A stretch of DNA of 62,842 bases, filler included. It is 4 parts of 4 records of this genome, joined end to end, with 100 filler letters (N's around TTAATTAATTAA, not from the genome) between each part and the next. Parts side by side here need not be neighbours in the genome. Positions count along the whole stretch, not along the records: positions 1 to 27,842 come from SRR2962707_1533; 3 more parts are not named here. One strand, 5' to 3'. Made by a program: the position numbers and the translations under genes. The notes below the pieces were generated by a model. The model was not told the origin of the DNA. It made no database searches and was given only the letters and a program-made list of their open reading frames with translations. Positions 1 through 10,214 of this stretch are shown here, one piece after another. Every line of letters starts with the position of its first letter. The stretch's first letter is position 1.

Positions 1-31
1 ATCTGTTCCAAACCCTTGATGACGGACAGTT

Positions 32-349
32 TTGTCTGGTGTTCTGGAATACTTGAACGATCCTATGTTTGTGATCGAGAGAATGCTTCAAAGTTGTGAT
101 TTTGTGATTTTGAGTTATGCATTTGTAACTTTGAAAGATCATGAGAGTGATGATCGATACTTAAAAACAATTCACCACCGCGCGGTTACAAATGGATGGC
201 GAAATCACTTTAACAATATGGATCTTGTCAAAGCGCTGGCTTTGAAGGGTGTAATTTCAGGCATTGATGTTTGGAAAAGCCATTCACTGTTTCTTTTGAG
301 AAATTCTCGCATGGATTTAGATCAGGTCGCTTCAATCTCTGCGGAATGA
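32..349 (+). CDS. Probable C-terminal fragment of a class I SAM-dependent methyltransferase-like protein (5' end uncertain)
   Basis: VLSGVLEYLNDP...VILSY resembles the post-motif-II region of small methyltransferases. Two in-frame TGA codons at 17-22 precede it, so it is either truncated/frameshifted or starts at TTG 32. Confidence 0.35.
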   Translation: MSGVLEYLNDPMFVIERMLQSCDFVILSYAFVTLKDHESDDRYLKTIHHRAVTNGWRNHFNNMDLVKALALKGVISGIDVWKSHSLFLLRNSRMDLDQVASISAE

Positions 350-420
350 GATTGGAATTTAACCACCCTAATTATTTGAACATGCGGTGCTTTGATTTTC
401 CGGTAGCTCTTTTCAATGCT

Positions 421-1212
421 TTACCAAGCTTGGATCTCATCACCCGCAAGCACAAAGCCACCTTCTAAAACCTCTGCATAAACGCCCATGTCGCGGTGGC
501 CATAGGTGTCATCAAGCAATTGCGGAATATCGAGGTCACGCTCCTGCGTCTCCAAATTCACTTGCGTTGCGGGGCAGCGTCTTGTGCGTTTTAGAATCCG
601 CAAGCGTGCATCGCCAATTCTCATTTCCCGGTCAATTGCTTCCAGCTCTGAAAATGGCGCGAGGCCATCAACGAGCAAATTTCCACGGAAACGGTGAGGG
701 TCTACTTCTTGGCCAATCGCTTGGCCGAAATCGCGCACAGAAGCCAAATTAATGATGGAAATAGCGTGCATATATTGCGGCGAAGTCATGCAAACATCGG
801 TAAAGCGAAGGTCCTCACCCCGAATGAAATTAGGTGTTTTGTCGACCTCTAGCCTAACCACTTCAGCAAGATAGGCGCTTGCCTTCGCCATGGCTTCGTC
901 ATCATCGCATTTAAATGAGAAACTCTTATCGCCATCGACAATCTGCAGTTCGTTGGTTTCTGCGTCAAAGTGGGTATTAAGCCGCGCAAGCGCCGCATCA
1001 CGCGCAAGCACAAGGAACTTGCTTTTGGGCATAGGGCGCGGCGAGGCAGGATCCATGCCGCTATCATAGCGCGAAAACGCAAATGCCCGATCAAGCGGAA
1101 AACCGCGATGGGGTATTAAGTCAACACTTTGTAATTGTTGCCCTGAAAGTCCTTTGACTGGATACGTAATCAGTTCCGCTACGTGTGGATGGCTCAAATG
1201 ACTAAGCTCCAA
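421..1212 (-). CDS. MOSC domain-containing protein
   Basis: YPVKGLSG, DRAFA, RFRGNLLVDG, RCPATQVN and GVYAEVLEGG motifs. Confidence 0.9.
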   Translation of the reverse strand: MELSHLSHPHVAELITYPVKGLSGQQLQSVDLIPHRGFPLDRAFAFSRYDSGMDPASPRPMPKSKFLVLARDAALARLNTHFDAETNELQIVDGDKSFSFKCDDDEAMAKASAYLAEVVRLEVDKTPNFIRGEDLRFTDVCMTSPQYMHAISIINLASVRDFGQAIGQEVDPHRFRGNLLVDGLAPFSELEAIDREMRIGDARLRILKRTRRCPATQVNLETQERDLDIPQLLDDTYGHRDMGVYAEVLEGGFVLAGDEIQAW

Positions 1213-1610
1213 ATACCATGGGTGAGAATACCGAGCAGAAGCAGAAACATCGCCAACAATGCAACGCCAAAGCCTGCAAATCTATAACGAACAGATGCGT
1301 CTTCCTTGATAAAATAATAGGCGTGCGCGGCGCGGCCCAAGGTGAACACAATACCAAATATGTGAACGCCGATAGTAGGCATCCCCATCAAAGCTGCGAC
1401 AAGCAGGGCCAGAATGAACATAGGCATATTTTCAGCCGCGTTGGCATGGCCGCGCATAATGCGTATCAAATGTGCATTTCCGCCATCGCCAATCAATATT
1501 TTATATCTGCGGCGAAGATCGCCCGTGGATTTCATAAGCCAAATCATGATGAGCGCGTTGAGCGCTAAATAAATACCAACAGTACTGATTGCAGATTGAA
1601 ATTGGGCCAT
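1194..1610 (-). CDS. MAPEG family membrane protein
   Basis: IGDGGN...MRGHANAAENMP and GRAAHA with 4 TM-like segments. Start moved to ATG 1610, which has GGAAG upstream. Confidence 0.85.
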   Translation of the reverse strand: MAQFQSAISTVGIYLALNALIMIWLMKSTGDLRRRYKILIGDGGNAHLIRIMRGHANAAENMPMFILALLVAALMGMPTIGVHIFGIVFTLGRAAHAYYFIKEDASVRYRFAGFGVALLAMFLLLLGILTHGIWSLVI

Positions 1611-1741
1611 AAAATAATCTTCCACTTTTAGGTCACAGGCTAAACACGAGAGTGTGAAGCATTGATTGCACTTTGCCTTATTTATATGTCTAGAGTGATG
1701 CAGAGATTCTGGCAATTAAACAATAAGAAGGTTTAGCTGAC

Positions 1742-2998
1742 GTGTTAAAATCATTTTTCCCAAACCCACCCATATTTTTTGGGTCGGTGTTTGTGTGGTC
1801 TGCAATATGTATTGCGCTTTGGTTCTTGGGCGCGAGTGAATGGGGTCTAGGACTTGTAAAAGATTGGGCGCCGGTCGCCATCGAAGGGCAAAGGCCACCA
1901 TTTTTAACACCAGACAAGCTTTGGATTTACATTTATATTGCGCTTGCCGGTATTTTATTTGCTGCAGCTTGGGGATTTGCTGGACACAACAAATGGTATC
2001 GCTGGTCAGTCGTTGGGTCGACTGTCATCATTTTGGCCAGTTATTATAATGTTCAAATTTCTGTTTATATGAACGACTGGTATGGCGGCTTTTACGACTT
2101 GCTGCAAAAAGCATTAAGCCAACCCAATTCGGTGACCGGACCGGAGTTCTATGGTCAGATTATAACCGTCGCGCCAATATTGGTTGCCAATATTATGGCG
2201 CTCGTTCTGCTTGATTTCTTTGTCTCACACTATGTGTTCCGTTGGCGCACGGCGATGAACAATTATTATATGGAGAACTGGCCGCGTCTGCGTCACATTG
2301 AAGGTGCTGCCCAGCGTGTGCAGGAGGATACGATGCGCTATGCGCGTATCGTTGAGGGGCTCGGCGTTGCATTTGTTCGCTCTATGATGACGCTTATTGC
2401 GTTCCTGCCGCTTCTTTATACGCTTTCGCAAAATGTCACTGAGCTACCATTTTTTGGCAAAATAGACGGCGCAATGGTCTATGTCGCGCTGGTATCGGCG
2501 ACGTTGGGCACAGTTTTGCTTGCTGCCGTCGGCATCAAACTCCCGGGTCTTGAGTTTAACAATCAGAAGGTTGAGGCCGCTTTCCGTAAAGAGTTGGTTT
2601 ATGGCGAAGACTATGAAGACCGCGCGCTGCCTCCAACCAGCGCAGAGTTATTCGCCAGTGTTCGCAAAAATTATTACCGTCTTTATTTCCATTATCTTTA
2701 TTTCGGCATTGCGCGTTGGGCCTATCTTCAAGGCTCAAACTTCATTCCGCTGATTGCTTTGGGGCCAACCATTTTATCCGGCGCAATTACACTCGGCATC
2801 TTCACACAGATCACCAACGCATTTGACCGCGTTGAAGAAAGCTTCAAGTTCTTTGCAAACGCTTGGACGACGATTATTGATCTGATTTCGGTTCATAAAC
2901 GCTTGGTGCTATTTGAATCGGCGATAGACGATGAATCGCTGGCGGTTGTTTCACCGGAGTGGAAAGAGCAGAGCAAGATAGCCGTTGCCAATAATTAG
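1742..2998 (+). CDS. bacA: SbmA/BacA peptide transporter
   Basis: SFFPNP N-terminus, HYVFRWRTAMN, LRHIEGAAQRVQEDTMRYA, LPGLEFNNQKVEAAFRKELVYGED. Confidence 0.93.
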   Translation: MLKSFFPNPPIFFGSVFVWSAICIALWFLGASEWGLGLVKDWAPVAIEGQRPPFLTPDKLWIYIYIALAGILFAAAWGFAGHNKWYRWSVVGSTVIILASYYNVQISVYMNDWYGGFYDLLQKALSQPNSVTGPEFYGQIITVAPILVANIMALVLLDFFVSHYVFRWRTAMNNYYMENWPRLRHIEGAAQRVQEDTMRYARIVEGLGVAFVRSMMTLIAFLPLLYTLSQNVTELPFFGKIDGAMVYVALVSATLGTVLLAAVGIKLPGLEFNNQKVEAAFRKELVYGEDYEDRALPPTSAELFASVRKNYYRLYFHYLYFGIARWAYLQGSNFIPLIALGPTILSGAITLGIFTQITNAFDRVEESFKFFANAWTTIIDLISVHKRLVLFESAIDDESLAVVSPEWKEQSKIAVANN

Positions 2999-3005
2999 GT
3001 GAGTG

Positions 3006-3035
3006 AGGCGGGGATTATTCAATTTCCGCCTTTTT
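3006..3035 (+). terminator. Intrinsic terminator after bacA
   Basis: AGGCGGGGA...TTTCCGCCT stem followed by a T-run. Confidence 0.7.
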
Positions 3036-3078
3036 CATGTTAGGGGTTACCATACGTAATCGCTATGAAGGCTTTCCC

Positions 3079-3642
3079 ATGATCATTCTCGTCTTAGGCC
3101 TCTTCTTGTTCCTCGGCATTCATTCGGTGCGGATGGTCGCGCCGCAATGGCGCGATAAGATGCTTGCTGAGCGCGGCGAGAAGTTTTGGAAAGCTATTTA
3201 CTCTATCGTTTCAATCGTCGGCTTTGTCCTGATCTTTTGGGGCTATGGCTTGGCGCGCAGCGAGACCTATTTTATTTATCAACTGCCAAATTGGTCTAAA
3301 CACATCACAATTTTATTGATGTTTATTGCCTTCACACTTCTGCCTTTTAATATGCGCTCAAGGCGTTTAGCGCCTATGATTAAGCATCCATTTTTGTTGG
3401 CAGTCATTTTATGGTCCGTAGGCCATCTCATCTCGAACGGTGACATTGCTTCCATCGTCCTATTCGGCTCGTTTTTGATATGGGCTTTGACCAATCGTTT
3501 ATCCGTTGGCAAACGCGGCGGCGGCCCAATGCCAACCGCGCCGCTGATCCAAGATGTGGCAGCTGTGCTTATCGGCTGGGTTCTATGGGCGCTATTTTTG
3601 TTCAAATTTCATGCGTGGTTATTTGGGGTTTCACCGATTTGA
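3079..3642 (+). CDS. NnrU family membrane protein
   Basis: LGLFLFLGIHSVR, KHPFLLAVILWSVGHLISNGD and HAWLFGVSP motifs. ATG 3079 has GAAGG upstream. Confidence 0.88.
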   Translation: MIILVLGLFLFLGIHSVRMVAPQWRDKMLAERGEKFWKAIYSIVSIVGFVLIFWGYGLARSETYFIYQLPNWSKHITILLMFIAFTLLPFNMRSRRLAPMIKHPFLLAVILWSVGHLISNGDIASIVLFGSFLIWALTNRLSVGKRGGGPMPTAPLIQDVAAVLIGWVLWALFLFKFHAWLFGVSPI

Positions 3643-3708
3643 GATTAACCCCTTACATTTCCCTCAATTTGTCGCTAAACGCTGGGCACTATTGTAAAAG
3701 GTGAGCCT

Positions 3709-4380
3709 ATGTCAGACGACAGTTTTATTCGCGAAGTTGAACAGGAGCTACGCTCCGACCGCCTCAAATCTTTTTGGGACAGATTTGGCCCATTCATTAT
3801 TGGAGCGGCGATCCTGCTTGTTGTAGCCACGGGCGCTACGCGGTTTTATGATTATTACACTTCAAAACAGGCTAACGCCTCCGGCGACCAATTTCTCGTT
3901 GCGCTTAATTTAGCCAATGAAGGCAAAAGCGCCGAAGCGCTAACTGCGTTGCAGCAGTTGGAAAAAGACGGCTATGGCCAGTATCCAGTTTTAGCGCGCA
4001 TGCGCGCTGCAACCGTGTTGGTTGACGAAGGCAAATTGGATGAAGCCGTTGCTGCTTTTGATGAAATCGCTGCCGATACATCTGTACCCTCCGCAATTCG
4101 CGATATGGCAAGCCTGCGCGCTGGTTATGCGCTGGTTGATACTGCCGATTACACGGAAGTTGCAAAACGGGTTGAAGTTTTGTCCTCGCCAGAAAATACG
4201 CTTCGCCATGCGGCGCGCGAGATCATGGGTTTGGCTGCTTGGCGCACTGAGCGTTATGATGACGCTAAATCATTTTTTAATGCGATTTCAGATGATGCAA
4301 GTTCTCCGGCCGGTATCGCCGAACGTGCGCGCATCATGCTTGAACTGCTAACAGCCTCTGGCAAGGTGGCCCAAGGGTGA
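3709..4380 (+). CDS. Membrane-anchored TPR protein (YfgM/DUF2659-like)
   Basis: [18 protein letters not shown]-terminus, single TM, helical repeats, position directly before der. Confidence 0.85.
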   Translation: MSDDSFIREVEQELRSDRLKSFWDRFGPFIIGAAILLVVATGATRFYDYYTSKQANASGDQFLVALNLANEGKSAEALTALQQLEKDGYGQYPVLARMRAATVLVDEGKLDEAVAAFDEIAADTSVPSAIRDMASLRAGYALVDTADYTEVAKRVEVLSSPENTLRHAAREIMGLAAWRTERYDDAKSFFNAISDDASSPAGIAERARIMLELLTASGKVAQG

Positions 4381-5810
4381 ACTTTTCAATAGCCATTGTT
4401 GGACGTCCAAATGTTGGCAAGTCCACGCTTTTTAACCGTCTAGTCGGCAAAAAAATTGCGATTGTTGACGACCAGCCCGGCGTTACGCGTGACCGCCGGC
4501 GCCATGACGCGCATCTATTCGACATAGAGTTTGAAGTCATCGATACGGCTGGTCTCGAAGAAGGCAAACCAGAAACATTGTCTGGCCGTATGCGCGGTCA
4601 AACATTGACGGCGGTTGATGAGGCTGACCTCGTTCTTTTCATGATCGATGCGAAGTTTGGCCTGACAGCAGACGATAAAACCTTTGCAGATATCTTGCGC
4701 CGCTCAAACAAGCCGGTTGTGCTTGTTGCTAACAAGGCTGAAGCAAAAGATTCAGATGCTGGTTATTATGAAAGCTTCCGCTTAGGTCTCGGCGATCCAA
4801 TTCCTATCTCTGCAGAACATGGCGAAGGCATGAACGATTTGCGCAACGCAATCGTTGAGGCCATTGGCGAAGAACTCGCCTATTCTGAAGGCGATAAAAC
4901 CTTTGAAGCGCGGGTCAACGTCACCGTCCATGATGATGAATTTGACGAAGAAGACGAAGAGTTCGAGCCGGAATACGACGATACAAAGCCGATGCAAATC
5001 GCAATTGTTGGCCGTCCGAACGCAGGCAAGTCCACACTAATCAACCAAATGGTTCAGGAAGACCGTCTTTTGACCGGCCCTGAAGCGGGTATTACGCGCG
5101 ACAGCATTTCCGTTGATTGGGAATGGGAAGGCCGCAAGATCCGTCTGTTTGATACAGCTGGTATGCGCCGTAAATCACGCGTTCAGGAAAAGTTGGAAAA
5201 ACTGTCAGTTGGTGATGGCTTGCGCGCTATCCGCTTTGCTGAAGTTGTCGTGATTGTTTTTGACGCAACGATTCCTTTTGAAAAGCAGGATTTGCAGATC
5301 GTCGATCTCATCGCACGTGAGGGCAGGGCGCCGGTTATCGCCTTTAATAAATGGGATTTGATCGAGAACCGCCAAGAAGTTTTGGCAGACCTACGTGAAA
5401 AAACCACGCGCCTTTTGCCGCAAATTCGTGGCCTACGCGCTGTGCCTCTATCAGGCCAGACAGGTGTTGGCCTTGATAAGCTCATGGCAGAGATCATCGA
5501 AACCCATCGAATTTGGAACAAGCGCATTTCGACGTCCAAGCTTAACCGCTGGCTCGAAGCTGTGGTTGCTCACCATCCACCGCCTGCTGTCAGCGGACGC
5601 CGCTTGAAATTGAAATATATGACACAGGCGAAAACCCGCCCACCAGGTTTTGTTATTTCTTGTACGCGCCCTGATTCAGTGCCTGAAAGCTATCAGCGCT
5701 ATATTATCAACGCACTGCGCGAAGATTTTGAAATGCCTGGTGTGCCAATTCGGTTGATGCTTCGGGCCAGCGAAAATCCATTTGCGAGCAAATCACGCCG
5801 CAAGCACTGA
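4377..5810 (+). CDS. der: Ribosome biogenesis GTPase Der (EngA)
   Basis: Two G-domains ([28 protein letters not shown]), acidic linker and KH-like C-terminus. Confidence 0.98.
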   Translation: MNFSIAIVGRPNVGKSTLFNRLVGKKIAIVDDQPGVTRDRRRHDAHLFDIEFEVIDTAGLEEGKPETLSGRMRGQTLTAVDEADLVLFMIDAKFGLTADDKTFADILRRSNKPVVLVANKAEAKDSDAGYYESFRLGLGDPIPISAEHGEGMNDLRNAIVEAIGEELAYSEGDKTFEARVNVTVHDDEFDEEDEEFEPEYDDTKPMQIAIVGRPNAGKSTLINQMVQEDRLLTGPEAGITRDSISVDWEWEGRKIRLFDTAGMRRKSRVQEKLEKLSVGDGLRAIRFAEVVVIVFDATIPFEKQDLQIVDLIAREGRAPVIAFNKWDLIENRQEVLADLREKTTRLLPQIRGLRAVPLSGQTGVGLDKLMAEIIETHRIWNKRISTSKLNRWLEAVVAHHPPPAVSGRRLKLKYMTQAKTRPPGFVISCTRPDSVPESYQRYIINALREDFEMPGVPIRLMLRASENPFASKSRRKH

Positions 5811-5834
5811 TCTTGTTTGAATTTAATACTCTTT

Positions 5835-5864
5835 CACCGTCGCTGTAAAAGCGGCGGTGTTTTT
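5835..5864 (+). terminator. Intrinsic terminator after der
   Basis: CACCGTCGCT-GTAAA-AGCGGCGGTG followed by TTTTT. Confidence 0.75.
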
Positions 5865-6018
5865 GTTTGCGCAGAGCGCTTTAGCCAAAATCATAATTCT
5901 GCCCCAAAACGGCGCAATAAATAGAAAATACGCAAAATAACGCAAGTCTTAACAAGTTCTGACCGCGTCATTAACCGGCTATCAAGGTTAATGCTTCATT
6001 CTCACTCACAGTTAATAA

Positions 6019-7212
6019 GTGTTTGAGTTTTGTTCTGGAGTATGTGTGTTGCGTTTTATGCGTTTGAATGTCGGCCGCTTTATGGTCCGGCTCGCCACCC
6101 CCGCAATGTTTGCAACGGCGATTTTCTTATCCAATACCAGTCCAATTGCGTTGCAAGATATGTCCAGCTTGATTTCGGGTGGTCAATCTTCTGCAGATCG
6201 CTGGAAAGTAACAATGCTCCGCGCCTCGACGGGTTCGGTAGAGCAGGCAGAAGTGCCGTTCGGCCTTGATCCGAGCTTAACCGGATCAGTTGGTGTTGTT
6301 GCCGAAGGTGTTGGCAATGTTACGCTAAAGAGCGAAAAAGTTGTGCTGCCTGACACGCCTGATGAAATGCGCGTTAATTCAAAAGGCAAAGCAGGCCGTG
6401 TCGCGGCGATTACGCCTGTTGCGCCGCCAAAGGATTTTTCCGCCGGATCAATTTTAGAGCGCCAAAGCTTCTTGCTACGGCCAGCCATTTCGACAAAACA
6501 AAAAATGGTCTTCGCCAAGCCTGAAATCCAAGGCAAAGAAATTCAAATTGCCCGCGCATTTTACACGAAAAAAGAAAAAGTCGCTGATCCTCAAATGCCA
6601 ACAATGTTGGCTAAGCTCGTAACAAATGACACGCCAGATATTTTAGCAACGGCCTATGCGCCGCAAGAACCTGATTTTTCCGCCCAATCTCCTTTTAATT
6701 CGCTTTTGAATGGCAAGACAGAAAAGCGCGGCCGCTTCTTTCCGCCAATCGGTAAAAACGATCATGAATGGGCACGTATGCCATTATCGGCCGATGCTTT
6801 TTCAAAACCACAACAGCAATGCTTGGCTGAGGGCATCTATTTTGAAGCACGCGGCGAATCAGCTGCAGGCCAAGCCGCCGTTGCACAGGTTATTTTGAAC
6901 CGTGTGCGCAATCCGGCCTATCCCGACTCAATATGCGGTGTGGTCTATCAAAATGACCATTGGCGTAATCGCTGCCAATTCTCTTTTGCCTGTGACGGCA
7001 TTAAAGACCGCGTGAACTCACGCGAATCTTGGAATTTGGCCAAAGAAGTGGCCACAGCGGTCACTGCTGGCAAGATTTGGTTCAAAGAAGTTGGCTCAGC
7101 AACCCACTATCACGCCACTTATGTTAATCCAAAATGGGCCCACACAATGAAACGTGTCGGTAAAATTGGATTGCACGTTTTTTATCGCACCTACGGCGGT
7201 GGTTGGAGCTAA
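6019..7212 (+). CDS. Cell wall hydrolase, SleB/Hydrolase_2 family (start may lie further downstream)
   Basis: CLAEGIYFEARGES, VILNRV, CQFSFACDG, ATHYHATYVNPKWA, IGLHVFY. Confidence 0.92.
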   Translation: MFEFCSGVCVLRFMRLNVGRFMVRLATPAMFATAIFLSNTSPIALQDMSSLISGGQSSADRWKVTMLRASTGSVEQAEVPFGLDPSLTGSVGVVAEGVGNVTLKSEKVVLPDTPDEMRVNSKGKAGRVAAITPVAPPKDFSAGSILERQSFLLRPAISTKQKMVFAKPEIQGKEIQIARAFYTKKEKVADPQMPTMLAKLVTNDTPDILATAYAPQEPDFSAQSPFNSLLNGKTEKRGRFFPPIGKNDHEWARMPLSADAFSKPQQQCLAEGIYFEARGESAAGQAAVAQVILNRVRNPAYPDSICGVVYQNDHWRNRCQFSFACDGIKDRVNSRESWNLAKEVATAVTAGKIWFKEVGSATHYHATYVNPKWAHTMKRVGKIGLHVFYRTYGGGWS

Positions 7213-7277
7213 TTTTTCCAAAAATACACTGCGTATGCAAAAGCGCTAAAAAAAACCTTCTGCTACCATTTTACTAG

Positions 7278-7319
7278 AGCCATTTAACCTATTGAAAAAT
7301 ATAGGGTAAATGGCTTTTT
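7278..7319 (+). terminator. Probable terminator after the cell wall hydrolase
   Basis: AGCCATTTA-ACCTAT...ATAGGG-TAAATGGCT stem followed by TTTT. Confidence 0.55.
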
Positions 7320-7337
7320 GTATATGTGCCAATGTGC

Positions 7338-7366
7338 CTTGACTAGCGAGGTCCGCGAAACTATGT
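7338..7366 (+). promoter_or_regulatory. RpoD-type promoter of the atp F0 operon
   Basis: CTTGAC-N17-CTATGT, close to the rhizobial CTTGAC-N17-CTATAT consensus. Confidence 0.7.
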
Positions 7367-7471
7367 TGCCGCCGGTTTCTAAGGGATTTTCGATCGACTG
7401 ATCTGGCATAAACCCGCGGCAAATAACCGTTTTAGGGTATGCCGCGTTGATGCAATAGGTTACGAGGTGTT

Positions 7472-7846
7472 ATGAACGATCCTAAGGAAGCTGATCTTAG
7501 AGCACGGCGCGCTGAACTAGACGCTGCCCTTTCTCGAAAGCCGGGAAAGCCTGAACTAGATCAAGAAGGTCGACCCAACGACAAATCAGGTTGGGGAGAT
7601 GCAGTAAAAATCTCGAGCGAATTCATCGGCGGGGTTTTAGCTGGAGCGGGAATCGGTTATCTGGTCGACAAATTTGCAGGAACTGGCCCTTGGGGTTTGA
7701 TTGTTTTCCTGCTACTCGGCTTCGGAGCTGGAACATTGAATATCTTGCGGGCCACCGGCAAAGTTGCTGATCCGCACAATCCAAAGCCAAATATGGCTGA
7801 GGACGAAAATAACAACCACGCCAATTTCGGCGACAAAGGCGAATAA
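7472..7846 (+). CDS. atpI: ATP synthase protein I (AtpZ/AtpI family)
   Basis: [19 protein letters not shown]...[12 protein letters not shown]; first gene of the F0 operon. Confidence 0.9.
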   Translation: MNDPKEADLRARRAELDAALSRKPGKPELDQEGRPNDKSGWGDAVKISSEFIGGVLAGAGIGYLVDKFAGTGPWGLIVFLLLGFGAGTLNILRATGKVADPHNPKPNMAEDENNNHANFGDKGE

Positions 7847-7856
7847 GGGAACTCAG

Positions 7857-8609
7857 GTGTCAAACGATCCTATCCACCAGTTTCAGATCTCCAAGATCAT
7901 TCCAATCGAGAATGTCGGTGGTTTGGACTTGTCCTTCACGAACTCTTCTTTGTTTATGGTCGGAACAGTCGCTGTAGCGTCACTCTTCCTTTATTTTGCA
8001 ACTGCTAGCCGTGGCCTTGTGCCAACACGCGGTCAGTCAATTGCAGAATCAGCCTATGAATTTGTCGCATCGATGCTTAGAGACGCCGCCGGAACGGAGG
8101 GGATGAAGTTCTTCCCACTCGTGTTTTCGCTCTTTATGTTCATTCTTGTTGCCAACTTGCTTGGTATGTTCCCATACTTCTTTACTATTACGTCCCACAT
8201 CATTGTTACCTTCGCATTGGCGATGGTCGTGATTGGTACTGTTGTGGTTTACGGTGTTGCAAAACACGGTTTGAAATTCTTGGGTCTTTTCGTACCAGAT
8301 GGCGTGCCTGCTGCATTGCTTATCTTGGTAACGCCAATTGAGATCATCTCATTCCTTTCACGTCCGATTTCATTGTCGGTTCGTCTTTTCGCTAACATGC
8401 TTGCTGGACACATCACATTGAAAGTGTTCGCTGGTTTTGTTGGTTCACTTTCAGCGCTGGGCGCTATCGGTGTCGGCGGCGCAATTTTGCCGCTGTTCAT
8501 GGTGGTCGCATTGACCGGTCTAGAATTCCTCGTTGCGTTCCTGCAAGCCTATGTGTTTGCGGTTCTTACGTGCATGTACCTTAATGACGCATTGCACCCA
8601 TCGCACTAG
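7857..8609 (+). CDS. atpB: F0F1 ATP synthase subunit a
   Basis: [17 protein letters not shown] and [17 protein letters not shown] start at 7857. Confidence 0.98.
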   Translation: MSNDPIHQFQISKIIPIENVGGLDLSFTNSSLFMVGTVAVASLFLYFATASRGLVPTRGQSIAESAYEFVASMLRDAAGTEGMKFFPLVFSLFMFILVANLLGMFPYFFTITSHIIVTFALAMVVIGTVVVYGVAKHGLKFLGLFVPDGVPAALLILVTPIEIISFLSRPISLSVRLFANMLAGHITLKVFAGFVGSLSALGAIGVGGAILPLFMVVALTGLEFLVAFLQAYVFAVLTCMYLNDALHPSH

Positions 8610-8682
8610 GACAGTAATAGCGGGGTGACCCGTTTGTTAGAATATCAAAGAAACTGCACAAAACGATCCAAAGGAGCTTAAA

Positions 8683-8907
8683 ATGGAAGCGGAAGCAGCA
8701 AAATACATCGGCGCAGGTATTGCATGTATCGGTATGGCCGGTGCGGGCATTGGTCTGGGTACAATTTTCGGTAACTTCTTGTCAGGTGCCTTGCGCAACC
8801 CGTCAGCAGCTGATGGCCAGTTCGGCCGTTTGATTTTCGGCTTCGCCGTTACTGAAGCTTTGGGCATCTTCTCGTTGCTCGTAGCACTTATCCTTCTTTT
8901 CGCATAA
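8683..8907 (+). CDS. atpE: F0F1 ATP synthase subunit c
   Basis: GxGxGxG motif, RNP loop, FAVTEALG with the proton-binding Glu. AAGGAG RBS. Confidence 0.98.
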   Translation: MEAEAAKYIGAGIACIGMAGAGIGLGTIFGNFLSGALRNPSAADGQFGRLIFGFAVTEALGIFSLLVALILLFA

Positions 8908-9050
8908 ACGAGAAGAAACCTTTGGATTGACCGCCGCCCGCTTGTCGGGCGGGGGTCTGTCTTTAGATTATGAGCGCGATGACTCTTTCATCGAAGATTG
9001 TTAGCAGTAGCTGAGCAATCATTTCGTTAATTCGTTTGGGATTGATAGAT

Positions 9051-9644
9051 ATGTTTATCTCCAGTGCATTTGCCCAAGGCACCGAACACGCTGCTGGTCA
9101 GGTTATGGACGCAACTGAAGTTGGTCAGGCAGTGGGTGAAGCAGCCCATGGCGGCGGCCTATTTCCGCCATTTGATCCATCAACCTATGCGTCGCAGCTA
9201 TTCTGGTTGGCGATAACATTCGGTTTCTTCTTGTGGTTTATGGCAAAAGTCATTTCACCGCGGATTGGTTCAATCCTTGAAACACGCCAAGATCGTATTG
9301 CACAAGACTTGGACAAAGCCCGCAGTTTGCGCGACGAAGCCGATGCTTCAATCGCAGCTTACGAGCAGGAGTTGGCTGATGCGAAAGCCAAAGCCCATGA
9401 CATTGGCCAAAAAGCCCGTGACAAGGCAAATGGTGAAGCAGCCACTGAGCGCCAAAAAGTTGAAGCCGAATTGGCATCTAAATTAAAAGACGCAGAAGCA
9501 AGCATAGCTAAAACACGCGCCGAAGCGATGTCAGAAGTTGGTGCCATTGCTGAAGAAACTGCATCAGAAATTTTCAGCCAGCTTTTGGGCGGCACTGTCA
9601 CCAAAGCTGATCTTGCAAAAGCTGTTGAAGCTTCTGGCAAGTAA
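9051..9644 (+). CDS. F0F1 ATP synthase subunit b'
   Basis: FPPFDPSTYASQLFWLAITF followed by a coiled coil; operon position. Confidence 0.93.
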   Translation: MFISSAFAQGTEHAAGQVMDATEVGQAVGEAAHGGGLFPPFDPSTYASQLFWLAITFGFFLWFMAKVISPRIGSILETRQDRIAQDLDKARSLRDEADASIAAYEQELADAKAKAHDIGQKARDKANGEAATERQKVEAELASKLKDAEASIAKTRAEAMSEVGAIAEETASEIFSQLLGGTVTKADLAKAVEASGK

Positions 9645-9655
9645 GGGATATAGAC

Positions 9656-10138
9656 ATGTTTGACGCAACATTTTTTGCCTTTGTCGGTCTCGTCATTTTC
9701 CTAGGCCTTATTACTTATCTTAAAGTGCCTGGCATGATCACGAAGAGCCTTGATGGCCGCGCTGATAAAATTCGCAATGAACTCGATGAAGCACGCAAGT
9801 TGCGCGAAGATGCAGCTGAATTGCTGTCTGAATATCAGCGCAAACGCAAAGAAGCTGAAGACGAAGCGGCAAGCATCGTAACGTCAGCTAAAAAAGAAGC
9901 TGAAGCAATTACTGCTGAAGCGCGCGTTAAGACACAAGAATATGTTGAGCGCCGTACAGCAATGGCTGAACAGAAGATTGCTCAGGCAGAAGTCGATGCG
10001 ATCAACGCTGTGCGCGCAACAGCTGTAGATGTGGCAATTGCCGCGAGCGAGAAACTACTTGCTGACAAGATGACAGCGAAAGCTTCAGGCGATCTTTTCA
10101 AGAAGTCTTTGACTGACATAAAATCAGGTCTCAACTGA
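9656..10138 (+). CDS. atpF: F0F1 ATP synthase subunit b
   Basis: DATFFAFVGLVIF TM, KVPGMI, LDGRADKIRNELDEA coiled coil. Confidence 0.95.
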   Translation: MFDATFFAFVGLVIFLGLITYLKVPGMITKSLDGRADKIRNELDEARKLREDAAELLSEYQRKRKEAEDEAASIVTSAKKEAEAITAEARVKTQEYVERRTAMAEQKIAQAEVDAINAVRATAVDVAIAASEKLLADKMTAKASGDLFKKSLTDIKSGLN

Positions 10139-10165
10139 GCCTTACCACTCGTTTAAGAATTTAGG

Positions 10166-10198
10166 ACCGCGTTTTGCATCAAGCAAAGCGCGGTTTTT
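10166..10198 (+). terminator. Intrinsic terminator of the atp F0 operon
   Basis: ACCGCGTTTTGC-ATCAA-GCAAAGCGCGGT followed by TTTT. Confidence 0.8.
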
Positions 10199-10214
10199 GT
10201 TTGTGGTAGTGTTC

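Noticed and set aside
3709-5810. yfgM-like gene directly abutting der with no bamB between them
   Set aside because: To my knowledge this is the usual arrangement in many Rhizobiales, so not novel
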